Source of the DNA: an uncultured Clostridia bacterium | GTDB taxonomy: Bacteria > Bacillota > Clostridia > Oscillospirales > CAG-272 | Direction of reading: 5' to 3' | Assembly: GCA_945929845.1 (NCBI GenBank) | Contig: CAMEON010000003.1 | Location: 16,723-80,722, forward strand | DNA: 64,000 nucleotides | Shown: positions 17,873 through 27,483 of the stretch, piece by piece | Numbering within the stretch: the stretch's first letter is position 1 | Layout: the number at the start of each line of letters is the position of its first letter | Notes under the pieces: generated by a model | Told to the model about the DNA's origin: nothing | The model's input: only the letters and a program-made list of their open reading frames with translations | Database searches by the model: none | Made by a program: the position numbers and the translations under genes

Positions 17873-19132
17873 ATGAATAACAGAGAAGATTTCATTACAG
17901 CCCGGGTCAGCCTGACGAAGAAAGGAAGCGATTTTCTATCCGGCGGGCATATCTGGGTGTATGCTGACGAGATCACCGCCGTGAATGGCACCCCGGTAGA
18001 CGGTGAACTGGTGGATGTGCTGTCCGACCGGGATCGGTACCTGGGCACCGGCCTGTACAACAGCCACTCCAAGATCCGGGTGCGGTTGCTGTCCCGCAAC
18101 GCCAACGACACCTTTGATGCCGCCTTCTGGGAGCGGCGGGTGCGCTACGCCCTGTCCTACCGCCGGTCGGTGATGGGGGAGCAGGATCTCAACGCCTGCC
18201 GTCTGATCTTCGGGGAGGCGGACAGCTTCCCCGGCCTGACAGTGGATCGGTTCGGCCATGTGCTGGTAGCTCAGATCCTTTCCCTGGGCATGGAGCGGCG
18301 GCGGGACATCATCCTGCCCCTGCTCGTCCGCCTGCTCCGGGAGGAGTTCGGGCAGACGGTGGACACGGTGTACCTGCGCAACGATGAGGTATTCCGGAAC
18401 CTGGAAGGCATGACCCAGGAGAAGGCCTTCTACACCTTCCCCGGCCTGGGCCTGCACACGGAGGCCGAGGAGGACGGCACCGTGACCATCACCGAGAACG
18501 GCATTCTCTACCGGGTGGACTACATCAACGGGCAGAAGACCGGCTTCTTCCTGGATCAGAAGTACAACCGCCGGGCCATCCGCACCCTGGCCCAGGGGCG
18601 GCAGGTGCTGGACTGCTTCACCCACACCGGCTCCTTCGGGCTGAACGCCGCCGCGGCCGGAGCCGCCCATGTGGTGTCCGTGGACATCTCCGCCGATGCG
18701 CTGGCTATGGCCGCTGTCAACGCCCAGGCCAACGGGTTGGCGGACAGGATCACCTATGTGCAGGCGGATGTGTTTGACTACCTGAAGGGGCTGCTGGCCG
18801 GCGGACGGAAGGCTTCCCCCTTTGACTTCATCATCCTGGATCCCCCCGCCTTCACCAAGAGCCGGGACACCCTGCGCAACGCCATCAAGGGCTACCGGGA
18901 GATCAACGCCGCCGCCATGCGGCTCCTGCCCCGGGGCGGGTACCTGGCCACCTGCTCCTGCTCCCACTTCATGACCGATGCCTACTTCAAACAGATGCTG
19001 CACAACGCCGCCGAGGATGCCGGGGTCTCCCTGCGGCAGGTCGAAGCCCGCCAGCAGGGGCCGGATCACCCCATCCTGTGGAATGTGCCGGAGACCAACT
19101 ACCTGACCTTCTACATCTTCCAGGTGGTGTGA
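17873..19132 (+). CDS. Class I SAM-dependent rRNA (cytosine-C5) methyltransferase, RlmI/YwbD-like (PUA plus MTase domains)
   Basis: LDCFTHTGSFGL (SAM-binding motif I) and IILDPPAFTKS (motif IV DPP), with an N-terminal PUA-like region. Confidence 0.8.
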   Translation: MNNREDFITARVSLTKKGSDFLSGGHIWVYADEITAVNGTPVDGELVDVLSDRDRYLGTGLYNSHSKIRVRLLSRNANDTFDAAFWERRVRYALSYRRSVMGEQDLNACRLIFGEADSFPGLTVDRFGHVLVAQILSLGMERRRDIILPLLVRLLREEFGQTVDTVYLRNDEVFRNLEGMTQEKAFYTFPGLGLHTEAEEDGTVTITENGILYRVDYINGQKTGFFLDQKYNRRAIRTLAQGRQVLDCFTHTGSFGLNAAAAGAAHVVSVDISADALAMAAVNAQANGLADRITYVQADVFDYLKGLLAGGRKASPFDFIILDPPAFTKSRDTLRNAIKGYREINAAAMRLLPRGGYLATCSCSHFMTDAYFKQMLHNAAEDAGVSLRQVEARQQGPDHPILWNVPETNYLTFYIFQVV

Positions 19133-19228
19133 GGCAGGATCAAGCCCTGTATCTGCGCAAATTTTTCTATTATTTATTGTTTTCTCAATTTTTTGTTTAT
19201 ATTCAAAAGCTCCATTCAGTCCCGCCAA

Positions 19229-19266
19229 AGGAAAAGGGCTCCCGGTGGGGAGTCCCTTTCCTTTTC
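19229..19266 (+). terminator. Probable terminator after the methyltransferase gene
   Basis: Imperfect hairpin GGAAAAGGGCTCCC...GGGAGTCCCTTTCC followed by TTTTCTG. Confidence 0.5.
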
Positions 19267-19270
19267 TGTC

Positions 19271-20368
19271 TTACCCCCTGTCTATGGACAGAGGCAGGCT
19301 GATCTGACATAGTCCGATGTGGCGGTCAAGATGACCCGTGCCGTCACCGGGCACGCCATCGTAGAACAGGTACAGTGTATGCTCGTCCTTCTGCACCACG
19401 GAGGGCATGCCGATGGCTCCGTGTGCCCAGTCGTTCCGGGTTCTGTCCATCACAATGGCCTTGTTCTCCGGATCCCACCGATCCAGGCGGGGGCTCCAGT
19501 ACACCCAGACCGCATCGGTATACTGGTTGGCATAGATGTGGTTGGTGAACAGCCAGTACAGTCCCGACGACGGCTCATAGAAGACGGACGCATTCTCGAT
19601 GTCCTCCTCCGGCGGCAGGATGGGTTCGGGATCCTTCACCCAGAAGGCCCCCTCGGCGGCGGGCTTGTCAAAGTCATCGGCGGCTTCCAGATCGTCGGTG
19701 CGGGCCAGCCCCAGGGAACGCTTGGTCACGCCGGAGCAGGAGCCGCTGTAGATCATGATGTACTTCTTCTCGTGGGTCGGGTCGTTGGCGTAAGCCGGGT
19801 TGGCCATCACCGGCCCCGGCGAGGCAGTGGCATCGTCCCAGCTCCCCGGTGCCCCCGCCGGGAAGCAGACCCGCTTCTCGCACCCGGGACGGTCGCAGAG
19901 TTTTTGCCACGGGCCGCCGGGGCTGTCGGCGGTAGCCAGTAGCGTGGAGTAGCAAAAGGCCGGGATCCCCTCCCCGGAGCAGTGGTCAGCCCCCAGGTAG
20001 TAGCGGTACCACCGATCCCCCGCCCGGAAATCCCAAGGCGAGCTGGCGGAGCAGAAATCCTTGTACACCTCCCAGGACGATTCCGGGTGGGTCAGTGCCG
20101 AGGAGCACAGGGTGGGGCCCAGCTTCTCCCAGCGAAGCAGATCCCGGCTCCTGGCCGAGCAGGCGTTCCAGTAGCTTTCGTGGGTCTTGCCGGGCATAGC
20201 CCCGTCATAGGACAGGTAGTAGACCGGCGCCCCCGGCTGGCTGTCATCCACGGTGATGACGGCCTCCCGGATCCCGCCGCCGTCCCATGGGTACATGGAC
20301 TCTCCCTCACCGTCCGGGGACAGAATGATCCCCCGATCCTTTACATTTGCAAGATAGTTCATACTCAT
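19271..20368 (-). CDS. Hypothetical cytoplasmic protein, possibly a five-bladed beta-propeller glycoside-hydrolase-like fold (GH43/32/130 superfamily)
   Basis: Repeated W/Y-rich blade-like segments and no signal peptide. The assignment is from general resemblance only. Confidence 0.35.
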   Translation of the reverse strand: MSMNYLANVKDRGIILSPDGEGESMYPWDGGGIREAVITVDDSQPGAPVYYLSYDGAMPGKTHESYWNACSARSRDLLRWEKLGPTLCSSALTHPESSWEVYKDFCSASSPWDFRAGDRWYRYYLGADHCSGEGIPAFCYSTLLATADSPGGPWQKLCDRPGCEKRVCFPAGAPGSWDDATASPGPVMANPAYANDPTHEKKYIMIYSGSCSGVTKRSLGLARTDDLEAADDFDKPAAEGAFWVKDPEPILPPEEDIENASVFYEPSSGLYWLFTNHIYANQYTDAVWVYWSPRLDRWDPENKAIVMDRTRNDWAHGAIGMPSVVQKDEHTLYLFYDGVPGDGTGHLDRHIGLCQISLPLSIDRG

Positions 20369-20459
20369 TATCTCCTATGCTTCAGAAGTCTTTGAAGGAG
20401 CCAGGGGAGCCGCAGTTCGCCATACGGCACTTCACAATCAGGGAGTTCCCCGATAAATC

Positions 20460-21416
20460 TCACTCCTTCTCGTTCTCGTCGTTCAGGTACTGGCTGATCA
20501 CATACTTGGGTCGGTGCTTGGTCTCCAGGTAGATCTTCCCGATGTACTCGCCGATGACACCGATGGCCAGGAGCTGGACACCGCCCAGCGCCCAGATGGA
20601 CACGGCCAGGAAGGTCCAGCCCTCCACCGTGTGCCCGGTGAAGTGGCGGATGAGGGAGTAGATCAGGATGACCAGACTCACCGCAAAGACCGCCCCGCCC
20701 AAGGCGGCGATCATACGGATGGGCTTGACGGACATGGATGTGATGCCCTCAAAGGCGAAGGAGACCATCTTCTTCAGGGGGTACTTGGACTCCCCGGCGA
20801 ATCGCTCCCCCCGCTCGTAGGACACCGTGGTGCTCTTGAAGCCCACCAGCGGCACAATGCCCCGGAGGAACAGATTGACCTCGTCGAACCGGGACAGAGC
20901 CTCCAGTGCCCGGCGGCTCATCAGGCGGTAGTCGGCGTGGTTGTACACCGTCTCCACCCCCATGGCCCGCATGAGCTTGTAGAATCCCTGGGCGGTGGTG
21001 CGCTTGAAGAAGGTGTCCTTCTTCCGGGAGCTTCTCACGCCATAGACCACCTCATACCCCTGGTTGTACCTGTCCACCATTTCGTCTATGGCGTTGATGT
21101 CGTCCTGTAGGTCAGCATCCATGCTGATGGCGGCATCACATTCTTCCCGCACGGTCATCAGCCCCGCCATGAGGGCATTCTGGTGCCCCCTGTTGCGGGA
21201 CAGGCAGACGCCCCGGAACATCGGATCGGCGGCGTGCAGGTCGCAGATCATATCCCAGGTCTTGTCCTTGGAGCCGTCATTGACAAAGACAATGCGGCTG
21301 TCCCGGCCTATCTTCCCGGCCTCCATCAGTGCCGTATACTTCTCCTTCAACCGCCGGGAGGTCTCAGGCAGTACCGCCTCCTCGTTGTAGCAGGGGATCA
21401 CAAGGTATAATGTCAT
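20460..21416 (-). CDS. GT2 polyprenol-phosphate glycosyltransferase (GtrB/CsbB/ArnC-like)
   Basis: LVIPCYNEE, VNDGSKDKT and DADLQDD motifs plus two C-terminal TM helices. The start is reassigned to the ATG at 21416 (MTLYLVIP), which has RBS GAGAGG. The longer 342-aa ORF would overlap the upstream gene. Confidence 0.85.
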   Translation of the reverse strand: MTLYLVIPCYNEEAVLPETSRRLKEKYTALMEAGKIGRDSRIVFVNDGSKDKTWDMICDLHAADPMFRGVCLSRNRGHQNALMAGLMTVREECDAAISMDADLQDDINAIDEMVDRYNQGYEVVYGVRSSRKKDTFFKRTTAQGFYKLMRAMGVETVYNHADYRLMSRRALEALSRFDEVNLFLRGIVPLVGFKSTTVSYERGERFAGESKYPLKKMVSFAFEGITSMSVKPIRMIAALGGAVFAVSLVILIYSLIRHFTGHTVEGWTFLAVSIWALGGVQLLAIGVIGEYIGKIYLETKHRPKYVISQYLNDENEKE

Positions 21417-21459
21417 AATCAACCTCTCGTTCCTTTCAGAATATTGTGTCAGGATGTGC

Positions 21460-23697
21460 TCATATCCAGAAATCAAAGAGCCTCTCAAAGTCCAGGTAGG
21501 CCGAAGCCAGGTAGCCGGACTTGTTGGCGTACTCGTAGAGCATGGCTCCGTTGATGACCAGTGCCACCACGGCGGCCACCACGAAGAACCGCTCCAGAAC
21601 CGTCTTCATCTGCTTCCCCGCCTCCCTGACATACAGGTACCACAGCACCAGTGCTCCGCCGAGGATCAGTTGCCAGGCGAAGTCCGTGCAGTACCGCACG
21701 CCGTAGCCGCTCTCCCATATGGAGAAGATGATGGCCAACGGAACCAGAATGCAGGTGGGCACCACCAGGCAGAGGGCCTCCACCCGCTCCTTCTTCCCCA
21801 TGGTCTTCAGTGCCCGACCAGCCCCCAGGTAGCCAAACACCGGAAGGGAGCGGAACAGCAGCCCCACGGCATTCTGATTGGCCACATAGTAGTAGCCGTT
21901 GGCGCTCAGGGTGGAGAAATTGGAGAACACATAGGGGAACTCCGGCTTCACAATGGGGAAAGCCAGCAGGAAATTATACAGGCCGATCATGACAAAGTCC
22001 GTGTGGTACCGGGAGCGGGTAAAGTCGTTGATGGTCAGGGAGTACTGGATGCCGAAGTCCAGCACCGAGCCGAAGCGGGCGTAGTTGTACAGCATCTGCA
22101 CCCCGCCGATCACCACGAAGGGAACCAGAGCCGCCACCAGGTACTTGACCACCGCCGTGCGGAAGGTGTCCTTCCCCTGCGTTGGCCCCTTACCCTTCGG
22201 TTTTTCCTTCTTCCCTGCCCCGGGGTCTGCCTCCGCTTCGACCCTTCTGACCGCCTCCATGTGCCGACGCAGGCCGAAGTACAGGAAGATCAGTGCCGCA
22301 AAGCAGTACAGTGCCAGGGTAGGCCGGGACAGCACGGCAAAGGACAGGCAGACCGAGGACAGAGCCAGGTGGCGGTACCGGATCGGTCGGCCCCCCAGTA
22401 CCCCGGCACGGAACAGGAAGAAGAAGCCGGCGCAGGTGAACATGAACCCGCACGCCTGGGCTATTTCGTAGAAGTTGTCCGCCATGAAGTTGTACCACAC
22501 CCCGCTGGAGACCTGCATGACAAACAGGGTGCACAGCAGGATATTGTTGGGCACCCCCCGGCCATAGCGGTCGGCCAGCTCCAGAAACAGCAGGGTCAAG
22601 AACAGGATGCCCACCGCCCCGAACAGGAAAACAGCCTCCGCCGTGGGGAAGTAATACCCGGTCAGCACATGGTAGGGCAGGAACAGCAGGATCACCGGTG
22701 CTATGCCGTAGTAGGAGTAATACTTGCCTTCATACAAGAGGTGATCCCACTTGTAGTACACACCGGCTGCCCGTCGGGCACTCCAGTCGTAGGGATTCTC
22801 CATGTCCAGCAGATCCTGCCCGGGGGTATCCAGGAGGGACACCTGCCCGGCCTCAAAGGCATCCACCAGCTCTTGGGTGATCTGATTGCCTCTTTCGTTG
22901 GTAAAGCCGGTGGATATGCCGCCGCCGGTGTCGTACATGTTCAGCCATGTGACCGCCAGTGCCCCCAGCATCATGGCGGCCGTCATGACCAGGGCCGCCG
23001 TGCGGAGCAGGCTCTGCCGCTCCCCGAAGGCCGCCCTCCAGCCGGGGAAGGCGCAAAGGGCGTACAGGGCCAGGGCCGCCAGCATGAACAGGCAGAGCCG
23101 CAGAGCCGAGAAGTGCATAGGCACCGCCCGGTTCAGCGTAATGCCCTCCAGGGTGAAGGTCTGATCCTTGGCGGCAGTCAGCCGGAGGCGCAGGTCGCTG
23201 ACCTGCCCCGACAGATCCAGCACAATGTAGGCCGTCCTGTCGTTGCCCCGGACGATCTGCCCATCGGCCACCGTCGTCCGGTAGGAGGCAGACTGGGTCT
23301 CATCCTTGGCATCCACCTTGACTGTCACCGCCGGCGTACCTTTATCCCCCAGTGCCGTGTCCGCCTCCGGCAGGTCACAGCGGATGTACACCGTGCCCAC
23401 CTGCCTGTCAAGACCGGTCAGGGTGACGGTCACTGTCCCGCCCTTGTTGTCAGAGGTCAGGGTGTTGCCCACGGTGCCGGTGATGCTGACTGCATCGGAG
23501 GACAGGTCTATGTCCGCCGGCTCATACCCGCCGAAAAGCAGGTGGAAGGAGTGGAAATTGGCCACGAATACCTCAAAGAGCACGGCCACGGCCAGGAGGA
23601 CAATGCCCACCCGCCGGGTTCTCTTCTTCTTTGGCAGGAACCAAAGTCCGGTCAGAAAAGCCGCAAAGCAAATCAGATACGCCACGATCCCGGTCAC
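21460..23697 (-). CDS. Polytopic membrane protein, putative GT-C-type glycosyltransferase (YfhO/ArnT/PMT-like) with an N-terminal extracytoplasmic beta-rich domain
   Basis: More than 12 hydrophobic helices and aromatic-rich loops (YYKWDHLLYEGKYYSYYGIAPV). It is adjacent to a GtrB-like GT2, as in csbB-yfhO. Confidence 0.55.
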   Translation of the reverse strand: MTGIVAYLICFAAFLTGLWFLPKKKRTRRVGIVLLAVAVLFEVFVANFHSFHLLFGGYEPADIDLSSDAVSITGTVGNTLTSDNKGGTVTVTLTGLDRQVGTVYIRCDLPEADTALGDKGTPAVTVKVDAKDETQSASYRTTVADGQIVRGNDRTAYIVLDLSGQVSDLRLRLTAAKDQTFTLEGITLNRAVPMHFSALRLCLFMLAALALYALCAFPGWRAAFGERQSLLRTAALVMTAAMMLGALAVTWLNMYDTGGGISTGFTNERGNQITQELVDAFEAGQVSLLDTPGQDLLDMENPYDWSARRAAGVYYKWDHLLYEGKYYSYYGIAPVILLFLPYHVLTGYYFPTAEAVFLFGAVGILFLTLLFLELADRYGRGVPNNILLCTLFVMQVSSGVWYNFMADNFYEIAQACGFMFTCAGFFFLFRAGVLGGRPIRYRHLALSSVCLSFAVLSRPTLALYCFAALIFLYFGLRRHMEAVRRVEAEADPGAGKKEKPKGKGPTQGKDTFRTAVVKYLVAALVPFVVIGGVQMLYNYARFGSVLDFGIQYSLTINDFTRSRYHTDFVMIGLYNFLLAFPIVKPEFPYVFSNFSTLSANGYYYVANQNAVGLLFRSLPVFGYLGAGRALKTMGKKERVEALCLVVPTCILVPLAIIFSIWESGYGVRYCTDFAWQLILGGALVLWYLYVREAGKQMKTVLERFFVVAAVVALVINGAMLYEYANKSGYLASAYLDFERLFDFWI

Positions 23698-23754
23698 AGA
23701 GGAACCTCCTTTTCATACAGTGTCAGCTGTCAGCCTGAAAATATGCCCGTTTTG

Positions 23755-24720
23755 TTACTGCTTCACGCCCAGCACGGCACCACCGATGATGCCGGCATCG
23801 TTCTTGAGGGCGGCAATGCAGATCCGGGTATTGGGCACGATACCCTGCCCGTACACCTCCTTGCGGATCATGGGCACCAGTGCCTCCAGCAGGGAGTCCC
23901 CCTCGTTGGAAATGCCGCCGCCGATGGACAGCACCTCCGGCTGGAATATGTTGATGATGTTGGCAAGCCCCTGGGCCAGGTATTTCAGGTAGATGTCCAC
24001 CACCTCACGGGCGGCCTCATCTCCGGCCCGCATGGCGTCAAAGGCTGTGCGTCCGGACACCTTGCCCTTTTCCTCCGCCAGGGTGCTCATCAGGGTGGGT
24101 CGCCCGGTGGCGGCGCGGGCCGCTATCTTCTCTTTGGTCATGCGGATCAGGGCGGTGGCGGAGCTGTACGCCTCCCAGCATCCCCTCCGTCCGCAACCGC
24201 AAGGCTCTCCGTCGGCCACAATGACGATGTGCCCCAGCTCCGCCCCCGCATAGTTGAAGCCGGAATACACCTTGTCGTCGATGATGATCCCTCCGCCAAC
24301 GCCGGTGCCCAGGGTGATCATCACCGAGTTGTGGGTGCCCTTGGCTGCCCCGGCAATGGCCTCGCCCCAGGCGGCGGCGTTGGCATCATTCTCCACGAAC
24401 ACACGGGGTGCCGGGAAACGCTCCTTGATGAATGCGCAGATGGGGAACCGGCGGAAGGGCAGGTTGCAGGAATACTCAATGATCCCGTCGTCATGGTTGG
24501 CGATGCCGGGGGAAGCGATACCCACCGAGGCAATGTCAGCGACAGCAAGACCCGCCTTCTTGCAGACCGTATGGCACAGCCCGGCCATGTCGGCGGCGAT
24601 CTCCTCCGGCGCACGATCCGCCCCGGTGGGGATGCTCTCCTTGCATACGATCTCAAACTTTTCATTCACAATTCCGGCGGCAATGTTGGTGCCCCCAAGG
24701 TCAATGCCAATGCGATACAT
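23755..24720 (-). CDS. glcK: ROK-family glucokinase
   Basis: MYRIGIDLGGTNIAAGIV... N-terminal ATP motif and the ROK zinc motif CGCGRRGCWEAY. Confidence 0.85.
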   Translation of the reverse strand: MYRIGIDLGGTNIAAGIVNEKFEIVCKESIPTGADRAPEEIAADMAGLCHTVCKKAGLAVADIASVGIASPGIANHDDGIIEYSCNLPFRRFPICAFIKERFPAPRVFVENDANAAAWGEAIAGAAKGTHNSVMITLGTGVGGGIIIDDKVYSGFNYAGAELGHIVIVADGEPCGCGRRGCWEAYSSATALIRMTKEKIAARAATGRPTLMSTLAEEKGKVSGRTAFDAMRAGDEAAREVVDIYLKYLAQGLANIINIFQPEVLSIGGGISNEGDSLLEALVPMIRKEVYGQGIVPNTRICIAALKNDAGIIGGAVLGVKQ

Positions 24721-24868
24721 AATTCTTTCTCCATTTACTGTTTACTGTTTGTTGAATTCGGCCTCCCGCACCTGCCATGCCCGGCCTGTGGAAAGCCATA
24801 CCTATTATACAACAAGCAGGAAATTCTGTCAAGGTTTTCCCGGAATTTATGAAAGTTTGGTAGGTTGA

Positions 24869-25031
24869 GGGAACGCCTGGGGGCTTCTTGAAGCGTACCG
24901 AATTTGAATAGAAACCTGTTTGAAAGTTCTTGGGGGTCTGAGTTCGGAAGTTTGCCGCATGGCAAACTTCATGCAATTGCACTGCGTCAGTGCAATTGCT
25001 GTTCTTATCAAGAAGCCCCCAGGCGTTCCCC
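24869..25031. repeat. Palindromic repeat unit related to the MITE family (copy E)
   Basis: Perfect 23-bp inverted repeat GGGAACGCCTGGGGGCTTCTTGA (24869-24891 / 25008-25030). It encloses two perfect hairpins (24947-24970 and 24973-24999). The inner module is nearly identical to 38892-38960. Confidence 0.85.
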
Positions 25032-25066
25032 ATGTACCCGTCTGACCAGGAAGTATGATAATACCC

Positions 25067-25095
25067 TTGACATTCGGTGGGAAATCGGGTATAAT
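25067..25095 (+). promoter_or_regulatory. SigA-type promoter
   Basis: TTGACA (25067-25072), 17 nt, TATAAT (25090-25095). RBS AGGAGG lies before the ATG at 25128. Confidence 0.75.
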
Positions 25096-25127
25096 GGTAG
25101 TATGCCATTCATCAGGAGGTAAAAAAC

Positions 25128-25331
25128 ATGAAGGTTACGAAAGAATCCATCATCGGCGATGTGCTGGACGCTGCGCCGGACACCGCCGCCTTTTTCTTCG
25201 AGATCGGTATGCACTGCCTGGGCTGCCCTGCATCCCGGGGCGAGTCCATCGAGGAGGCCTGCCAGGTGCACGGCACCGACGCTGACGAGCTGGTCGAGAA
25301 GATCAACGCCTTCCTTGCAGAGAAGGAGTAA
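25128..25331 (+). CDS. DUF1858 / hybrid-cluster-protein-associated redox disulfide domain protein
   Basis: 67 aa. The GMHCLGCP motif and overall length match the family as recalled. Confidence 0.65.
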   Translation: MKVTKESIIGDVLDAAPDTAAFFFEIGMHCLGCPASRGESIEEACQVHGTDADELVEKINAFLAEKE

Positions 25332-25457
25332 GCCCTGACCCACAGAGACAGGGCGTGACCGCCGGGAACCGCACGCAGAGGGCAGGCACCGGGGCGGGAG
25401 TACACAGATATTTCCCGCCTCCGGAGTATCGCCCTCTGCGGGTTCCCCTATTCTATA

Positions 25458-26246
25458 TTGGGAATCAAGCATTTGCCTATGATAAAACTGACCCCCCGCC
25501 TGCAAAGTGCCGTGGACTACGTGCGCCCCGGCCACCTGTTCGCCGATGTGGGCACCGACCATGCGTACCTGCCCATATACCTGTGTCAGACAGGCCGCCT
25601 GACCCCTGTTCCGCTCGCCGACGGGAGCCGCCTCTGCGCCCTGGCCTCCGACATCAATCAAGGCCCGGTGGACAGGGCCGCCGCCCATGTGGCCATGGCC
25701 GGGCTGTCTGACCGCATCCGCACCCTGCGCACCGACGGGCTGTCCGGGCTGGATGTGTACCGGCCCACCGACATTGCCATCTTCGGCATGGGCGGGGAGC
25801 TGATCGTCTCCATCCTGGAGGCCGCCCCCTGGACAAGGAGCCCGGCGGTGCGGCTGATCCTGCAGCCCATGACCCACCCGGAAAAGGTGCGGGCCTTCCT
25901 GCTCGGCACCGGCTTCACCCTGGTGGGGGAGACCCTCTCCCAGGAGGGACAGCGGATTTACCAAACCGTGTGTGCCTGCGGCCCCGCCGCAGACAGCCTG
26001 CCCGTCCGGCCGGAGAGCCTGTCCCCCGCCGGACTGCTGACCGGCTTTTCCTACCCGGAGAGCCAGTGTCCCCTCCACCTGTCCCTCATCGACAGGCAAC
26101 TGTCCTCCGCCGCCGCCCGCCGGGAAGCCCGGGCGATGGCCGGGCAGGATGTGTCCGGGGAGGATGCACTGCTGGAGGATCTCCAAAGACTCCGTGCCGC
26201 AGTGGCCGCCGGGCTGTCGCATGGAAATGCACCGACACCCCTGTGA
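25458..26246 (+). CDS. trmK: tRNA (adenine22-N1)-methyltransferase TrmK
   Basis: LTPRLQSAVDYV...FADVGTDHAYLPIYL...ASDINQGP...DRIRTLRTDGL. It is followed by a nif3-like gene, as in B. subtilis yqfN-yqfO. The start could instead be 25479. Confidence 0.75.
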   Translation: MGIKHLPMIKLTPRLQSAVDYVRPGHLFADVGTDHAYLPIYLCQTGRLTPVPLADGSRLCALASDINQGPVDRAAAHVAMAGLSDRIRTLRTDGLSGLDVYRPTDIAIFGMGGELIVSILEAAPWTRSPAVRLILQPMTHPEKVRAFLLGTGFTLVGETLSQEGQRIYQTVCACGPAADSLPVRPESLSPAGLLTGFSYPESQCPLHLSLIDRQLSSAAARREARAMAGQDVSGEDALLEDLQRLRAAVAAGLSHGNAPTPL

Positions 26247-26298
26247 AAGAGTCACACGGTTTTCGGTTTTCACATATCAGGAATGATAGGAGGTATGG

Positions 26299-27144
26299 GT
26301 GTACCGCTCCCTGGCGGTATGCCCTGATGATATACGCATGACCGTACAACAGCTGTATCAATTTCTGGAGGATCGCCTGCCCCGAAGCCTGTCCTGCGGC
26401 TGGGACAATGATGGCCTGTCCTGCTGTCCTGACCCGCTGACACCTGTCCGCCGGGTGCTGATCTCCCTTGACCCCACCGAGGATGCGGTGCGGGTAGCCG
26501 CGGAGGAGGGTTACACCGTCCTCCTGACCCACCATCCGCTCCTGTTCCGGGGGCTGAAGGCCGTGAATGGCGGGGACACCGGCTCCCGGAAGGTCATCCG
26601 GCTGATACAGGCCGGCGTGACCGCCATGTCCTTCCATACCCGGCTGGATGCCGCTGACGGCGGAGTCAACGACACCCTGGCCGGCCTCTTGGGGCTGGAG
26701 CAGATCCTCCCCTTTGGAGACACCGAGGGAGAGGATGCCAACCCGGCCGGGAAGCCCATCGGGCGCATCGGTACCCTGCCCTGCCCGGAGTCCCTGGATG
26801 ACTTTGTCCGCCGGGTCAAGGCCGCCCTGCATCTGCCCGGTCTGCTGTGCGCCGGGTGCGGCAAGCCGGTGCACCGTGTGGCCGTGCTGGGCGGTGCCGG
26901 TGACGACGATGTGTACGCCGCCATGGCCGCCGGGGCTGACACCTACCTGACCGGGGAACTGCGGTATCACCACCTGTGCGATGCCCCCTTCTCCGGCATG
27001 AACCTGCTGGCCGCCGGACATTACCACACCGAATTTCCGGTGACAGCGGTGCTGGCCCGCATGGTGGAGGACATATACCGGGCAGCCGGAGAGACCCCGG
27101 TTCCGGTGCGCATCATCGGCTCAGACCGGGTCGTGTGGCGGTAA
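26299..27144 (+). CDS. Nif3-like dinuclear metal centre protein (YqfO family)
   Basis: LLTHHPLLF, TGELRYHH and AGHYHTEF motifs. GTG start with RBS AGGAGG 5 nt upstream. Confidence 0.8.
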   Translation: MYRSLAVCPDDIRMTVQQLYQFLEDRLPRSLSCGWDNDGLSCCPDPLTPVRRVLISLDPTEDAVRVAAEEGYTVLLTHHPLLFRGLKAVNGGDTGSRKVIRLIQAGVTAMSFHTRLDAADGGVNDTLAGLLGLEQILPFGDTEGEDANPAGKPIGRIGTLPCPESLDDFVRRVKAALHLPGLLCAGCGKPVHRVAVLGGAGDDDVYAAMAAGADTYLTGELRYHHLCDAPFSGMNLLAAGHYHTEFPVTAVLARMVEDIYRAAGETPVPVRIIGSDRVVWR

Positions 27145-27192
27145 CAGCCATCCTGCGCCCCATGAGCAGAACCGCATGAAAGGAGAGATTCC

Positions 27193-27390
27193 ATGAAGAT
27201 CCGTTTGAATGACGACCCGGAGGTAGTTCGTACCGTCAAGGAGGGTCTGGCCGCCAAGGGCGGGTACTGCCCCTGCCGGGTGGGCAAGTCTGAGGACATC
27301 AAGTGTATGTGCAAGGAGTTCCGGGATCAGATCCGGGATCCGGATTTTGAGGGGTACTGCCACTGTATGCTGTACTACAAGGAAAAGTAG
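27193..27390 (+). CDS. Small ferredoxin:thioredoxin-reductase catalytic-subunit-like protein
   Basis: 65 aa with CPC...C.C...CHC cysteine pattern (GGYCPCRVGK...KCMCKEF...GYCHCMLY). Confidence 0.6.
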   Translation: MKIRLNDDPEVVRTVKEGLAAKGGYCPCRVGKSEDIKCMCKEFRDQIRDPDFEGYCHCMLYYKEK

Positions 27391-27425
27391 GCACATATCA
27401 GGTACAGCAATCTGACCGGAGACAT

Positions 27426-27470
27426 AAAAAACCACCCACCCGATGCCAAAGCGGCACCGGGTGGGTTTTT
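27426..27470. terminator. Bidirectional rho-independent terminator
   Basis: CCCACCCG...CGGGTGGG hairpin flanked by an A-tract and a T-tract, between convergent genes. Confidence 0.8.
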
Positions 27471-27483
27471 CGCACACAGGACA

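Noticed and set aside
21454-24852. 1132-aa plus-strand ORF spanning three minus-strand genes. Similar long antisense ORFs occur at 5669-7516, 7775-9316, 15085-16827, 53975-56017 (+) and 17936-19228, 25008-26273, 39553-41325, 49093-50559 (-).
   Set aside because: They lie exactly opposite genes with unmistakable homology (GT2, glcK, EF-G, CopA and others). Their translations are low-complexity and rich in G/H/Q/R/P/V/D. In GC-rich DNA the antisense frame of a real gene is often stop-free. No RBS or family resemblance was seen.
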